A stretch of 64,000 nt of DNA. Origin: Eledone cirrhosa. Its lineage: Eukaryota. Within the stretch, counting starts at the first letter, position 1; every line of letters starts with the position of its first letter. The translations under genes were made by a program, and so were the position numbers. Of the stretch, positions 15,601 through 27,800 are shown one piece after another. The DNA is taken from NCBI GenBank assembly GCA_964016885.1, contig CAXHJY010000267.1, forward strand, positions 15,676 through 79,675. Reading direction: 5' to 3'. The notes under the pieces are model-generated. The model had not been told where the DNA came from. It saw only the letters and a program-made list of their open reading frames with translations, and ran no database searches.

Positions 15601-18600
15601 CCTATAGGATCTCCTACAGCTAGATAAACCCGAGTCAATACCAGGTGAGTGGTGTATATGTCCTATAGTATCTCCTACAGCTAGATAAACCCTGGTCAAT
15701 ACCAGGTGAGGGTGTATATGTCCTATAGTATCTCCTACAGCTAGATAAATCCTGGTCAATACCAGGTGAGAGGGTGTATATGTCCTATAGTACCTCCTAC
15801 AGCTAGATAAACCCTGGTCAATACCAGGTGAGGGTGTATATGTCCTATAGTATCTCCTACAGCTAGATAAACCCTGGTCAATACCAGGTGAGAGGGTGTA
15901 TATGTCCTATAGTACCTCTTACAGCTAGATAGACCCTGGTCAATACCAGGTGAGGGGGTGTATATGTCCTATAGTACCTCCTACAGCTAGATAAACCCTG
16001 GTCAATACCAGGTGAGAGGGTGTATATGTCCTATAGTACCTCCTACAGCTAGATAAACCCTGGTCAATACCAGCTTAGGGTGTATATGTCCTATAGTACC
16101 TCCTACAGCTAGATAAACCCTGGTCAATACCAGCTTAGGGTGTATATGTCCGATAGTACCAGGTTAGGGTGTATATGTCCTATAGGATCTCCTACAGCTA
16201 GATAAACCCGAGTCAATACCAGGTGAGTGGTGTATATGTCCTATAGTACCTCCTACAGCTAGATAAACCCTGGTCAATGCCAGGTTAGGGGGTGTATATG
16301 TCCTATAGTACCTCCTACAGCTAGATAAACCCGAGTCAATACCAGGTGAGTGGTGTATATGTCCTATAGGATCTCCTACAGCTAGATAAACCCTGGTCAA
16401 TACCAGGTGAGAGGGTGTATATGTCCTATAGTATCTCCTACAGCTAGATAAACCCTGGTCAATACCAGGTGAGGGGGTGTATATGTCCTATAGTACCTCC
16501 TACAGCTAGATAAACCTTGGTTAATACCAGGTTAGAGGGTGTATATGTCCTATAGTACCTCCTACAGCTAGATAAACCCTGGTCAATACCAGGTGAGGGT
16601 GTATATGTCCTATAGTATCTCCTACAGCTAGATAAATCCTGGTCAATACCAGGTGAGAGGGTGTATATGTCCTATAGTACCTCTTACAGCTAGATAAACC
16701 CTGGTCAATACCAGGTGAGAGGGGGTATATGTCCTATAGTACCTCTTACAGCTAGATAAACCCTGGTCAATACCAGGTGAGAGGGTGTATATGTCCTATA
16801 GTACCTCTTACAGCTAGATAAACCCTGGTCAATACCAGGTGAGAGGGTGTATATGTCCTATAGTACCTCCTACAGCTAGATAAACCCTGGTCAATACCAG
16901 GTGAGGGTGTATATGTCCTATAGTACCTCTTACAGCTAGATAGACCCTGGTCAATACCAGGTGAGAGGGTGTATATGTCCTATAGTATCTCCTACAGCTA
17001 GATAGACCCTGGTCAATACCAGGTGAGAGGGTGTATATGTCCTATAGTACCTCCTACAGCTAGATAAACCCTGGTCAATACCAGGTGAGAGGGTGTATAT
17101 GTCCTATAGTACCTCCTACAGCTAGATAGACTCTGGTCAATACCAGGTGAGGGGGTGTATATGTCCTATAGTACATCTTACAGCTAGATAAACCCTGGTC
17201 AATACCAGGTGAGAGGGTGTATATGTCCTATAGTACCTCTTACAGCTAGATAAAGCCTGGTCAATACCAGGTGAGAGGGTGTATATGTCCTATAGTATCT
17301 CCTACAGCTAGATAAATCCTGGTCAATACCAGGTGAGAGGGTGTATATGTCCTATAGTACCTCCTACAGCTAGATAAACCCTGGTCAATACCAGGTGAGG
17401 GGGTGTATATGTCCTATAGTACCTCCTACAGCTAGATAAACCCTGGTCAATACCAGGTGAGGGGGTGTACATGTCCTATAGTATCTCCTACAGCTAGATA
17501 AATCCTGGTCAATACCAGGTGAGGGGGTGTATATGTCCTATAGTACCTCCTACAGCTAGATAAACCCTGGTCAATACCAGGTGAGAGGGTGTATATGTCC
17601 TATAGTATCTCCTACAGCTAGATAGACCCTGGTCAATACCAGGTGAGGGGGTGTATATGTCCTATAGTATCTCCTACAGCTAGATAAATCCTGGTCAATA
17701 CCAGGTGAGGGTTGTATATGTCCTATAGTACCTCCTACAGCTAGATAAACCCTGGTCAATACCAGGTGAGGGTGTATATGTCCTATAGTATCTCCTACAG
17801 CTAGATAAATCCTGGTCAATACCAGGTGAGAGGGTGTATATGTCCTATAGTACCTCTTACAGCTAGATAAACCCTGGTCAATACCAGGTGAGAGGGTGTA
17901 TATGTCCTATAGTACCTCTTACAGCTAGATAGACCCTGGTCAATACCAGGTGAGGGGGTGTATATGTCCTATAGTACCTCCTACAGCTAGATAAAGCCTG
18001 GTCAATACCAGGTGAGAGGGTGTATATGTCCTATAGTATCTCCTACAGCTAGATAAACCCTGGTCAATACCAGGTGAGAGGGTGTATATGTCCTATAGTA
18101 TCTCCTACAGCTAGATAAATCCTGGTCAATACCAGGTGAGAGGGTGTATATGTCCTATAGTACCTCCTACAGCTAGATAAACCCTGGTCAATACCAGGTG
18201 AGGGGGTGTATATGTCCTATAGTACCTCCTACAGCTAGATAAACCCTGGTCAATACCAGATGAGGGGGTGTATATGTCCTATAGTATCTCCTACAGCTAG
18301 ATAAATCCTGGTCAATACCAGGTGAGGGGTGTATATGTCCTATAGTACCTCCTACAGCTAGATAAACCCTGGTAAATACCAGGTGAGAGGGTGTATATGT
18401 CCTATAGTACCTCATACAGCTAGATAAAGCCTGGTCAATACCAGGTGAGAGGGTGTATATGTCCTATAGTATCTCCTACAGCTAGATAAATCCTGGTCAA
18501 TACCAGGTGAGAGGGTGTATATGTCCTATAGTACCTCCTACAGCTAGATAAACCCTGGTAAATACCAGGTGAGAGGGTGTATATGTCCTATAGTACCTCC

Positions 18601-21487
18601 TACAGCTAGATAAACCCTGGTCAATACCAGGTGAGAGGGTGTATATGTCCTATAGTACCTCATACAGCTAGATAAATCCTGGTCAATACCAGGTGAGAGG
18701 GTGTATATGTCCTATAGTACCTCCTACAGCTAGATAAACCCTGGTCAATACCAGGTGAGAGGGTGTATATGTCCTATAGTACCTCTTACAGCTAGATAGA
18801 CCCTGGTCAATACCAGGTGAGGGGTGTATATGTCCTATAGGATCTCCTACAGCTAGATAAACCCTGGTCAATACCAGGTGAGAGGGTGTATATGTCCTAT
18901 AGTACCTCCTACAGCTAGATAAACCTTGGTCAATACCAGGTGAGAGGGTGTATATGTCCTATAGTATCTCCTACAGCTAGATAAACCTTGGTTAATACCA
19001 GGTTAGAGGGTGTATATGTCCTATAGTACCTCCTACAGCAAGATAAACCCTGGTCAATACCAGGTTAGGGGGTATATGTCCTATAGGATCTCCTACAGCT
19101 AGATAAACCCTGGTCAATACCAGGTGAGGGGGTATATGTCCTATAGGATCTCCTACAGCTAGATAAACCCTGGTCAATACCAGGTGAGAGGGTGTATATG
19201 TCCTATAGTACCTCCTACAGCTAGATAAACCTTGGTCAATACCAGGTGAGAGGGTGTATATGTCCTATAGTATCTCCTACAGCTAGATAAACCTTGGTTA
19301 ATACCAGGTTAGAGGGTGTATATGTCCTATAGTACCTCCTACAGCAAGATAAACCCTGGTCAATACCAGGTTAGGGGGTATATGTCCTATAGGATCTCCT
19401 ACAGCTAGATAAACCCTGGTCAATACCAGGTGAGGGGGTATATGTCCTATAGGATCTCCTACAGCTAGATAAACCCTGGTCAATACCAGGTGAGAGGGTG
19501 TATATGTCCTATAGTATCTCCTACAGCTAGATAAACCCTGGTCAATACCAGGTGAGAGGGTGTATATGTCCTATAGTACCTCCTACAGCTAGATAGACCC
19601 TGGTCAATACCAGGTGAGGGGGTGTATATGTCCTATAGTACCTCCTACAGCTAGATAAACCCTGGTCAATACCAGGTGAGAGGGTGTATATGTCCTATAG
19701 TACCTCCTACAGCTAGATAGACCCCTGGTCAATACCAGGTGAGGGGGTGTATATGTCCTATAGTACATCTTACAGCTAGATAAACCCTGGTCAATACCAG
19801 GTGAGTGGTGTATATGTCCTATAGTACCTCCTACAGCTAGATAAACCCTGGTCAATACCAGGTGAGAGGGTGTATATGTCCTATAGTATCTCCTACAGCT
19901 AGATAAACCCTGGTCAATACCAGGTGAGAGGGTGTATATGTCCTATAGTACCTCCTACAGCTAGATAAACCCTGGTCAATACCAGGTTAGAGGGTGTATA
20001 TGTTCCTATAGTACCTCCTACAGCTAGATAAACCCTGGTCAATACCAGGTGAGAGGGTGTATATGTCCTATAGTATCTCCTACAGCTAGATAAACCCTGG
20101 TCAATACCAGGTGAGGGGTGTATATGTCCTATAGGATCTCCTACAGCTAGATAAACCCTGGTCAATACCAGGTGAGGGGTGTATATGTCCTATAGTATCT
20201 CCTACAGCTAGATAAACCCTGGTCAATACCAGGTGAGAGGGTGTATATGTCCTATAGTATCTCCTACAGCTAGATAAACCCTGGTCAATACCAGGTGAGA
20301 GGGTGTATATGTCCTATAGTACCTCCTACAGCTAGATAAACCCTGGTAAATACCAGGTGAGAGGGTGTATATGTCCTATAGTACCTCCTACAGCTAGATA
20401 AACCCTGGTCAATACCAGGTGAGAGGGTGTATATGTCCTATAGTACCTCCTACAGCTAGATAAACCCTGGTCAATACCAGGTGAGAGGGTGTATATGTCC
20501 TATAGTATCTCCTACAGCTAGATAAACCCTGGTCAATACCAGGTGAGAGGGTGTATATGTCCTATAGTATCTCCTACAGCTAGATAAACCCTGGTCAATA
20601 CCAGGTGAGAGGGTGTATATGTCCTATAGTACCTCCTACAGCTAGATAAACCCTGGTCAATACCAGGTGAGAGGGTGTATGTCCTATAGTACCTCCTACA
20701 GCTAGATAAACCTTGGTTAATACCAGGTGAGAGGGTGTATATGTCCTATAGTATCTCCTACAGCTAGATAAACCCTGGTCAATACCAGGTGAGAGGGTGT
20801 ATATGTCCTATAGTACCTCCTACAGCTAGATAAACCCTGGTCAATACCAGATGAGAAGGCGTATGTCCTATAGTATCTCCTACAGCTAGATAAACCCTGG
20901 TCAATACCAGGTGAGAGGGTGTATGTCCTATAGTACCTCCTACAGCTAGATAAACCCTGGTCAATACCAGGTGAGAGGGTGTATATGTCCGATAGTACCA
21001 GGTTAGGGGGTGTATATGTCCTATAGGATCTCCTACAGCTAGATAAACCCTGGTCAATACCAGGTGAGTGGTGTATATGTCCTATAGTACCTCCTACAGC
21101 TAGATAAACCCTGGTCAATACCAGGTGAGAGGGTGTATATGTCCTATAGTATCTCCTACAGCTAGATAAATCCTGGTCAATACCAGGTTAGAGGGTGTAT
21201 ATGTCCTATAGTACCTCCTACAGCTAGATAAACCTTGGTCAATACCAGGTGAGAGGGTGTATATGTCCTATAGTACCTCCTACAGCTAGATAAACCCTGG
21301 TCAATACCAGGTGAGGGGGTGTATATGTCCTATAGTACCTCCTATAGCTAGATAAACCCTGGTCAATCCCAGATGAGGGGGTGTATATGTCCTATAGTAC
21401 ATCCTACAGCTAGATAAACCCTGGTCAATACCAGGTGAGGGGGTGTATATGTCCTATAGTACCTCCTACAGCTAGATAAACCCTGGC
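673..21487. repeat. 62-bp satellite array (~20.8 kb, roughly 335-340 monomers) with higher-order duplications
   Basis: Unit CAATACCAGGTGAGAGGGTGTATATGTCCTATAGTACCTCCTACAGCTAGATAAACCCTGGT. Variants are 60-62 bp, plus ~30-bp truncated monomers. Identical ORF blocks recur at offsets of 1659, 2398, 6527 and 306 bp. Confidence 0.98.
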
Positions 21488-22437
21488 CAGAATTCTCTCA
21501 CTTCTATCTGTTCAAACCAGCTGTATCTGGCCAGAATTCTCTCACTTCTTTCTATTCAAACCAGCCAGAATTCTCTCCCCTCTTTCTGTTCAAACCAGCT
21601 GTATCTGGCCAGAATTCTCTCCCCTCTTTCTGTTCAAATCAGCTGTATCTGGCCAGAATTCTCTCCCCTCTTTCTGTTCAAACCAGCTGTATCTGGCCAG
21701 AATTCTCTCCCCTCTTTCTGTTCAAACCAGCTGTATCTGGCCAGAATTCTCTCCCCTCTTTCTGTTCAAACCAGCTGTATCTGGCCAGAATTCTCTCCCC
21801 TCTTTCTGTTCAAACCAGCCATATCTGGCCAGAATTCTCTCACCTCTTTCTGTTCAAGCCAGCCATATCTGGCCAGAATTCTCTCACTTCTTTCTGTTCA
21901 AGCCAGCCATATCTGGCCAGAATTCTCTCACTTCTTTCTGTTCAAGCCAGCCATATCTGGCCACAATTCTCTCACCTCTTTCTGTTCAAACCAGCTGTAT
22001 CTGGCCAGAATTCTCTCACTTCTTTCTGTTCAAGCCAGCCATATCTGGCCAGAATTCTCTCACCTCTTTCTGTTCAAACCAGCTGTATCTGGCCAGAATT
22101 CTCTCACTTCTTTCTCTTCAAACCAGCCATATCTGGCCAGAATTCTCTCACCTCTTTCTGTTCAAACCAGCCATATCTGGCCAGAATTCTCTCACTTCTT
22201 TCTGTTCAAGCCAGCCATATCTGGCCAGAATTCTCTCACCTCTTTCTGTTCAAACCAGCTGTATCTGGCCAGAATTCTCTCACTTCTTTCTCTTCAAACC
22301 AGCCATATCTGGCCAGAATTCTCTCACCTCTTTCTGTTCAAACCAGCCATATTTGGCCAGAATTCTCTCACCTCTTTCTGTTCAAACCAGCCATATCTGG
22401 CCAGAATTCTCTCGCCTCTTTCTGTTCAAACCAGCCA
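21484..22437. repeat. 44-bp satellite (~21 copies)
   Basis: Unit GGCCAGAATTCTCTCACCTCTTTCTGTTCAAACCAGCCATATCT; copies start at 21607 and 21651. Confidence 0.95.
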
Positions 22438-22440
22438 CTC

Positions 22441-22620
22441 GTAGGAAGGCTGCAGTAGAGGTAGACCTAGGTTTAAGAGGAATCTGAGGTGACGTGCAAG
22501 AGAGACGACTGATGAACGCCAGGTAAGAATGTGAAAGAAGCCATTTAAGGCTGTGTACTTCCTATAAGATCTCCCAAGGCCAGCTAAACCATAGTCAATG
22601 CCAGGTTAGAAGGTGAAAGA
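22441..22620 (+). mobile_element. Degenerate RTE-like LINE 3' end carrying a longer relative of the 62-bp monomer
   Basis: GAAGGCTGCAGTAGAGGTAGACCTAGG (EGCSRGRPR) is followed by ...GATCTCCCAAGGCCAGCTAAACCATAGTCAATGCCAGGTTAGAAGGTG, which aligns with the satellite unit. Confidence 0.55.
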
Positions 22621-22626
22621 AACGTT

Positions 22627-22715
22627 TTAACCCTTTAGCATTCACATTATATATACTATTCTATTTTCATGGTAAAGGCTTTATCTCCCATAATATCGAA
22701 TCTATGAGATTTTGA
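22627..22715. mobile_element. Terminal fragment of a TTAA/CCC (piggyBac-like) MITE; inverted homologue of the 72-bp satellite
   Basis: TTAACCCTTTAGCATTC end. 22641-22697 matches the reverse complement of the unit at 1-677. Confidence 0.55.
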
Positions 22716-22744
22716 AAGTATTTATTTTGAGAACACTACCTTAA

Positions 22745-22890
22745 CATCAGTATGAGCGACCAGTTACAGCAGAAAGAATAATGACTCTTGGGTGAAGATG
22801 TGCCATGAAATCCCAGTGGAAGGAAGTCACAGTAGAGGTAGACCTTGGCAGAGGTGGTGAGAGATGACCTCAGTAGAGGTTGCGAGGCTA
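22745..22890 (+). pseudogene. RTE-clade LINE ORF C-terminal remnant
   Basis: 22774-22860 reads KNNDSWVKMCHEIPVEGSHSRGRPWQRW*, resembling the RTE C-terminal VEG.R.RGRP..W motif. Confidence 0.65.
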
Positions 22891-23354
22891 TCACCTCATC
22901 AGTTGCGCACTCCATTGAGTGCTTTACAATGTAATTAACTAACATATACTCAAATTTATATATTTATATGGTCAGAAATACACATGCTTAAAAAGATCAA
23001 CAAAAATAAACCCTTGTACACTTTATTTCACTGCTCTGAATGGACCAACAACTAACACAGAGACACATGCTTATAGCTTCATACTTACACACACACTCTT
23101 ATACTTACATATCCTCTTAGCTCCGTACAGATGAATAATAAACCCACATGTACAGCCTTATATACTAAACAATTTGTCTTCCTTTTCAGCTAGACACGTT
23201 CAATCACTGCCTTTTAAAACAACATCATCTAACACAAAACGCCAGCATCAACGAGAGACGTGTTTTTTCTTTAGAAAATTTCTTATTTCATTTCTGCCAC
23301 TGACCAGTCTCTGCAATCTTTCTATATTTTCTTTAAATCTATGGTCAACATCTG

Positions 23355-23655
23355 GTTAGTAGACGATAGAAGCAGTTTAGGATCTACTACAGACAGTTAA
23401 ACCCTGGTCAATACCAGGTTAAAGGGGAGAAAGAAGCAGTTTAAGGGTGTGTACTTCTCATAGGATCTCCTCCGGCCAGCTAAACCCTGGTCAATGCCAG
23501 GCTAGAGAGTGATTCAAGCAGTTTAAGGGTGTGTAGTTGTCATAAGATATCCTACGGCCAGCTAAACCCTGGTCAATACCAGGTTAGAGGGTGAAAGAAA
23601 CAGTTTAAGGGTGTATACTTCTCATATGATCTCATACGGCCATATTAAGGGTGTG
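23355..23655. repeat. About 3.5 diverged 82-83-bp units related to the 62-bp satellite
   Basis: AAACCCTGGTCAATACCAGGTTA...AAGAAGCAGTTTAAGGGTGTGTAC...GGATCTCC, with ACCCTGG at 23401, 23484 and 23566. Confidence 0.85.
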
Positions 23656-24269
23656 TGTATATATTTATATATATATGTGTGTGTGTGTATATTGCCAAGT
23701 GGGCCTGGGACTATCTGAGTCGACACGTAGATGCTGGTCCGTCCCAGACCAACTTGAAGTTAATTCACAGACTTATTACTAAAAGAAAAAAAATGTTTTT
23801 GTTTTTTTTAATGTGACTTATCTCCCCTTGGATATTACCTCCCTTGATTCGAAGAACTCATGTTTTTTTCGACACGCCTTGGATTACCTTTGGTCTGGAA
23901 CTTCTCTGGGAGACTGGCCCGCCTAGTGTGGCCCTTCAAGGAGCAATATTTCCAGATGGATATTTACCTAATTAACCCACCGCCGACTACATTATCGAGC
24001 CCCATTTTTACAGCATTTATATTTTGGATATGTCTTCCTAATAAATGTAGCGAGACTGGTGTCAGTACGGAGGTAAGTAATCTATATTTTTAATTATTAA
24101 TTGAAGAAAAAAATATAAATGAAGTGAATGGATGTATTTCGTTCGGAATATAGATTTTCATGAGAAGATTGTTAGTTGTATATATAAACACTTGTCTTTG
24201 TTGTTCTGAGCGAAAGTCTGGAGAATAAGTGGAAGAAAAAAAGGGTTGATAGTGTAAAAATATACACAG

Positions 24270-24545
24270 ATGTACACCAGTTCCGAACACAGAGGAACCC
24301 AACGCCCACTGTCATCACATCTGTCTCTCCCCATCCCTCATGTACACCAGGTTCGAACACAAAGGAACCAAACTTCATCGCCTCTGTCTCTCACACCCTC
24401 CCCATCTCTCATGTACACCAGGTCCTAACACAGGGGAACCAAACTTCATCGCCTCTGTCTCTCACACCCTCCCCATCTCTCATGTACACCAGGTCCTAAC
24501 ACAGAGGAACCAAACTCCCACTGTCATCGCCTCCGGTTCTCTCAC
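24270..24545. repeat. Four ~70-bp tandem copies of a dispersed repeat end (another copy is inverted at 55230-55316)
   Basis: ATGTACACCAGGTTCGAACACAAAGGAACCAAAC...CCCATCTCTC starts at about 24270, 24340, 24411 and 24482. Confidence 0.85.
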
Positions 24546-24704
24546 TATGATGAGCAAATGGGGTCCTTTGCGTTGGCCGCCCCACAGCCCCGGAGGATGG
24601 TGTGAGAGATGCCCTGGAAGAGCCGTTCCAGCATGCGAGGCTCACACCTTGCGGCTGACCAGCTCAGTGCCTATAGTGTATATATAAATTTAGTAATAAT
24701 AATA

Positions 24705-24850
24705 AATATGAGGACTAAAATCTGAAGAGGGCTCGATAAGGATAAATATAGATATCAAATATATAAGAACCGTAGAATTTCAGAAGATCCCGTTAAGGGT
24801 GAAAACAGCGATTCTTTGCTTAAACTTTAATATGTTATTTTAATAAATAT
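24705..24850 (+). mobile_element. Short Penelope-like remnant (same family at 40430-40570 and 45500-45655)
   Basis: Shared GAGGGCTCGATAAGG...AGAACC and TTCAGAAGATCCCGTTAAGGGTGAAA.CAGCGATTCTTTGCTTAAACTTTAA blocks, flanked by (TA)n. Confidence 0.5.
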
Positions 24851-25559
24851 GTAAAAGTTTATATATATATATATGCACATGTACGTATATGTCTATATGC
24901 GTCTCCCTAATAAATGTAGCGGTCCTGGCGTCAGTATAGAGGTAAGTAATCTATATTTTTAATTATTTATTGAAGAAAAAAATATAAACGAAATGAATGG
25001 AGGTAATTCGTTCGGAATAGAGATTTTCATGAGAAAATTGTTAGTGCGTTGGTCTGAAGACGATATTTTTTATGAATATAATTTCATAATTTATAGAGAC
25101 AAAAAGGTTCAGAGGTCGAATCCCTCATCGTCTCAGTACCACCAATGCGCTAATAAGTTTCTTGTAGAAATATCTCTACTCAGAACCCCAAATTACCTCC
25201 CTTCGTTTCGTTTATTTTTTTTTAAACAAAAATTGTGAAAAGTACCTATAAGTATGTGTTTGGAACTCAGTAGAATTGCGGCCTTCGAGGTGGCGCGCGA
25301 GCTGCGTCTCGTATCGCCGGTCCCAGTGACTGACGTTCGTTTCGTAGTGGCGTGCGACTGCTAAAAGGGCCTGGGACTGTCTGGGCCGGTACGTAGATAC
25401 TGGCCCGTCCCAGACCACCTCGGAGAATTTTTTTGCTAAAAAAAACCTCGATTATCTCCCCTTGGATTTTACCTCCCTTGATTTTAAGAATTCATTTTGA
25501 TTTTAAGAATTGATTTAGATTTTTCGACTTTTCAAATAGATTTATTTTGGACATTTTGA

Positions 25560-26830
25560 ACGCATTTCACATGGAATTCTTCTTCTCGACTTTTCAGAAA
25601 CACTAATTTAATATAGAATTTGTTTTCGACTTTTCAAAAACACTCGTTTCATATAGATTTTTTTTTCGACTTTTCAAAAACACCCGTTTCATATAGATTT
25701 TTTTTTGACACTTTCAAAAACACTCATTTCATATAGATTTTTTTTTCGACTTTTCAAAAACACCCGTTTCATATAGATTTTTTTTTTGACACTTTCAAAA
25801 ACACTCATTTCATATAGATTTTTTTTTCGACTTTTCAAAAACACTCATTTCATATAGATTTTTTTTTCGACTTTTCAAAAACACCCGTTTCATATAGATT
25901 TTTTTTTGACACTTTCAAAAACACTCATTTCATATAGAATTTTTTTTCGACTTTTCAAAAACACCCGTTTCATATAGATTTTTTTTTCGACTTTTCAAAA
26001 ACACCCGTTTCATATAGATTTTTTTTTTGACACTTTCAAAAACACTCATTTCATATAGATTTTTTTTTCGACTTTTCAAAAACACCCGTTTCATATAGAT
26101 TTTTTTTTTCGACTTTTCAAAAACACCCGTTTCATATAGATTTTTTTTTCGACTTTTCAAAAACACCCGTTTCATATAGATTTTTTTTTTGACACTTTCA
26201 AAAACACTCATTTCATATAGATTTTTTTTTCGACTTTTCAAAAACACCCGTTTCATATAGATTTTTTTTTTCGACTTTTCAAAAACACCCGTTTCATATA
26301 GATTTTTTTTTCGACTTTTCAAAAACACCCGTTTCATATAGATTTTTTTTTGACACTTTCAAAAACACTCATTTCATATAGATTTTTTTTTTCGACTTTT
26401 CAAAAACACCCGTTTCATATAGATTTTTTTTTCGACTTTTCAAAAACACCCGTTTCATATAGATTTTTTTTTTGACACTTTCAAAAACACTCATTTCATA
26501 TAGATTTTTTTTTCGACTTTTCAAAAACACTCATTTCATATAGATTTTTTTTTCGACTTTTCAAAAACACCCGTTTCATATAGATTTTTTTTTGACACTT
26601 TCAAAAACACTCATTTCATATAAATTTTTTTTTCGACTTTTCAAAAACACCCGTCTCATATAGATTTTTTTTTCGACTTTTCAAAAACACCCGTTTCATA
26701 TAGATTTTTTTTTTGACACTTTCAAAAACACTCATTTCATACAGATTTTTTTTTCGACTTTTCAAAAACACCCGTTTCATATAGATTTTTTTTTTGACAC
26801 TTTCAAAAACACCCGTTTCATATAGATTTT
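25560..26830. repeat. ~40-bp satellite with two interspersed monomer types
   Basis: T(n)CGACTTTTCAAAAACACCCGTTTCATATAGA versus T(n)GACACTTTCAAAAACACTCATTTCATATAGA. Confidence 0.95.
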
Positions 26831-26834
26831 TTTT

Positions 26835-27330
26835 TTTTTTTAGACACTTCATTTAGTTTCTTGTTTTAGACACTTCATTTACATTCTTAATTTGTTTTCA
26901 GACACTTCATTTAGATTCTTAATTTCTTTTCAGACACTTCATGTAGATTCTTAGTTTCTTTTTTTAGACACTTCATTTAGATTCTTAATTTGTTTTCAGA
27001 CACTTCATCTAGATTCTTAATTTCTTTTCAGACACTTCATTTAGATTCTTAATTTGTTTTCAGACACTTCATCTAGATTCTTAATTTCTTTTCAGACACT
27101 TCATTTAGATTCTTAGTTTGTTTTCATACACTTCATCTAGATTCTTAATTTCTTTTCAGACACTTCATTTAGATTCTTAATTTTTTTCTTTTTAGACACT
27201 TAATTTGTTTTCAGACACTTCATTTAGATTCTTAATTTTTTTCTTTTTAGACACTTCATTTAGATTCTTAATTTGTTTTCAGACACTTCATCGAGATTCT
27301 TAGTTTCTTTTTCTAGACTCTTAATTTGTT
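26835..27330. repeat. 32-bp satellite
   Basis: Unit CAGACACTTCATTTAGATTCTTAATTTGTTTT; copies at 26899 and 26931. Confidence 0.9.
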
Positions 27331-27634
27331 CCAGGGCGACAACTCTTTAGTTTTTTTCAAGAGTTACCTCCCTTTATCCGAACTATGGAGTTACCTCCCT
27401 TACTTTGAAATATGATGTTGGAGTTACCTCCCTTACTTTGTTCGAGGGAGGTAACTCTTTATTTATTTTTTTTTTTTGCAAGTTACCTCCCTTTATACGA
27501 ACTATGATAATGGACTTAGATCCGTTTGCAATACGAATTATTACGTCTTACCCAGTTTAATAACTTCTTTTAAGGAGAATTGATTAGAAGCTATTCATGA
27601 GGCTTAATTTCTTCTTTTCACCGTCAAAATAGTA

Positions 27635-27800
27635 AACACAACTCGTATATAATATGTAAAGATTTCTTTATTCACGGCAAATTAAGCTGAACACAATTCA
27701 TATATAATATGTAAACTTTATTATTAACACAATTCATATATAATATGTAAACATTTTTATTAACACAATTCTTATATAATATGTAAACTTTTTTATTAAC
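27635..27800. repeat. Short ~36-bp AT-rich tandem
   Basis: AACACAATTCATATATAATATGTAAAC repeated about 4 times. Confidence 0.75.

Noticed and set aside
950-21010. TTAGGG in some monomers suggesting telomeric repeat
   Set aside because: These are isolated single-base variants of TGAGGG and are never tandem.
673-21487. Dozens of MTRVYLAVG... ORFs, and a CRISPR-like look from the CCTGGT-CAAT-ACCAGG hairpin
   Set aside because: They are translations of a satellite whose 62-bp period shifts frame. There are no unique spacers and no cas genes.
25100-25145. GAGGTCGAATCCCTC...ACCA resembling a tRNA T-arm
   Set aside because: There is no D-arm, anticodon arm or acceptor stem.
25930-26852. Lys-rich repetitive ORFs
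   Set aside because: They come from the 40-bp satellite, whose variable T-runs break the frame.
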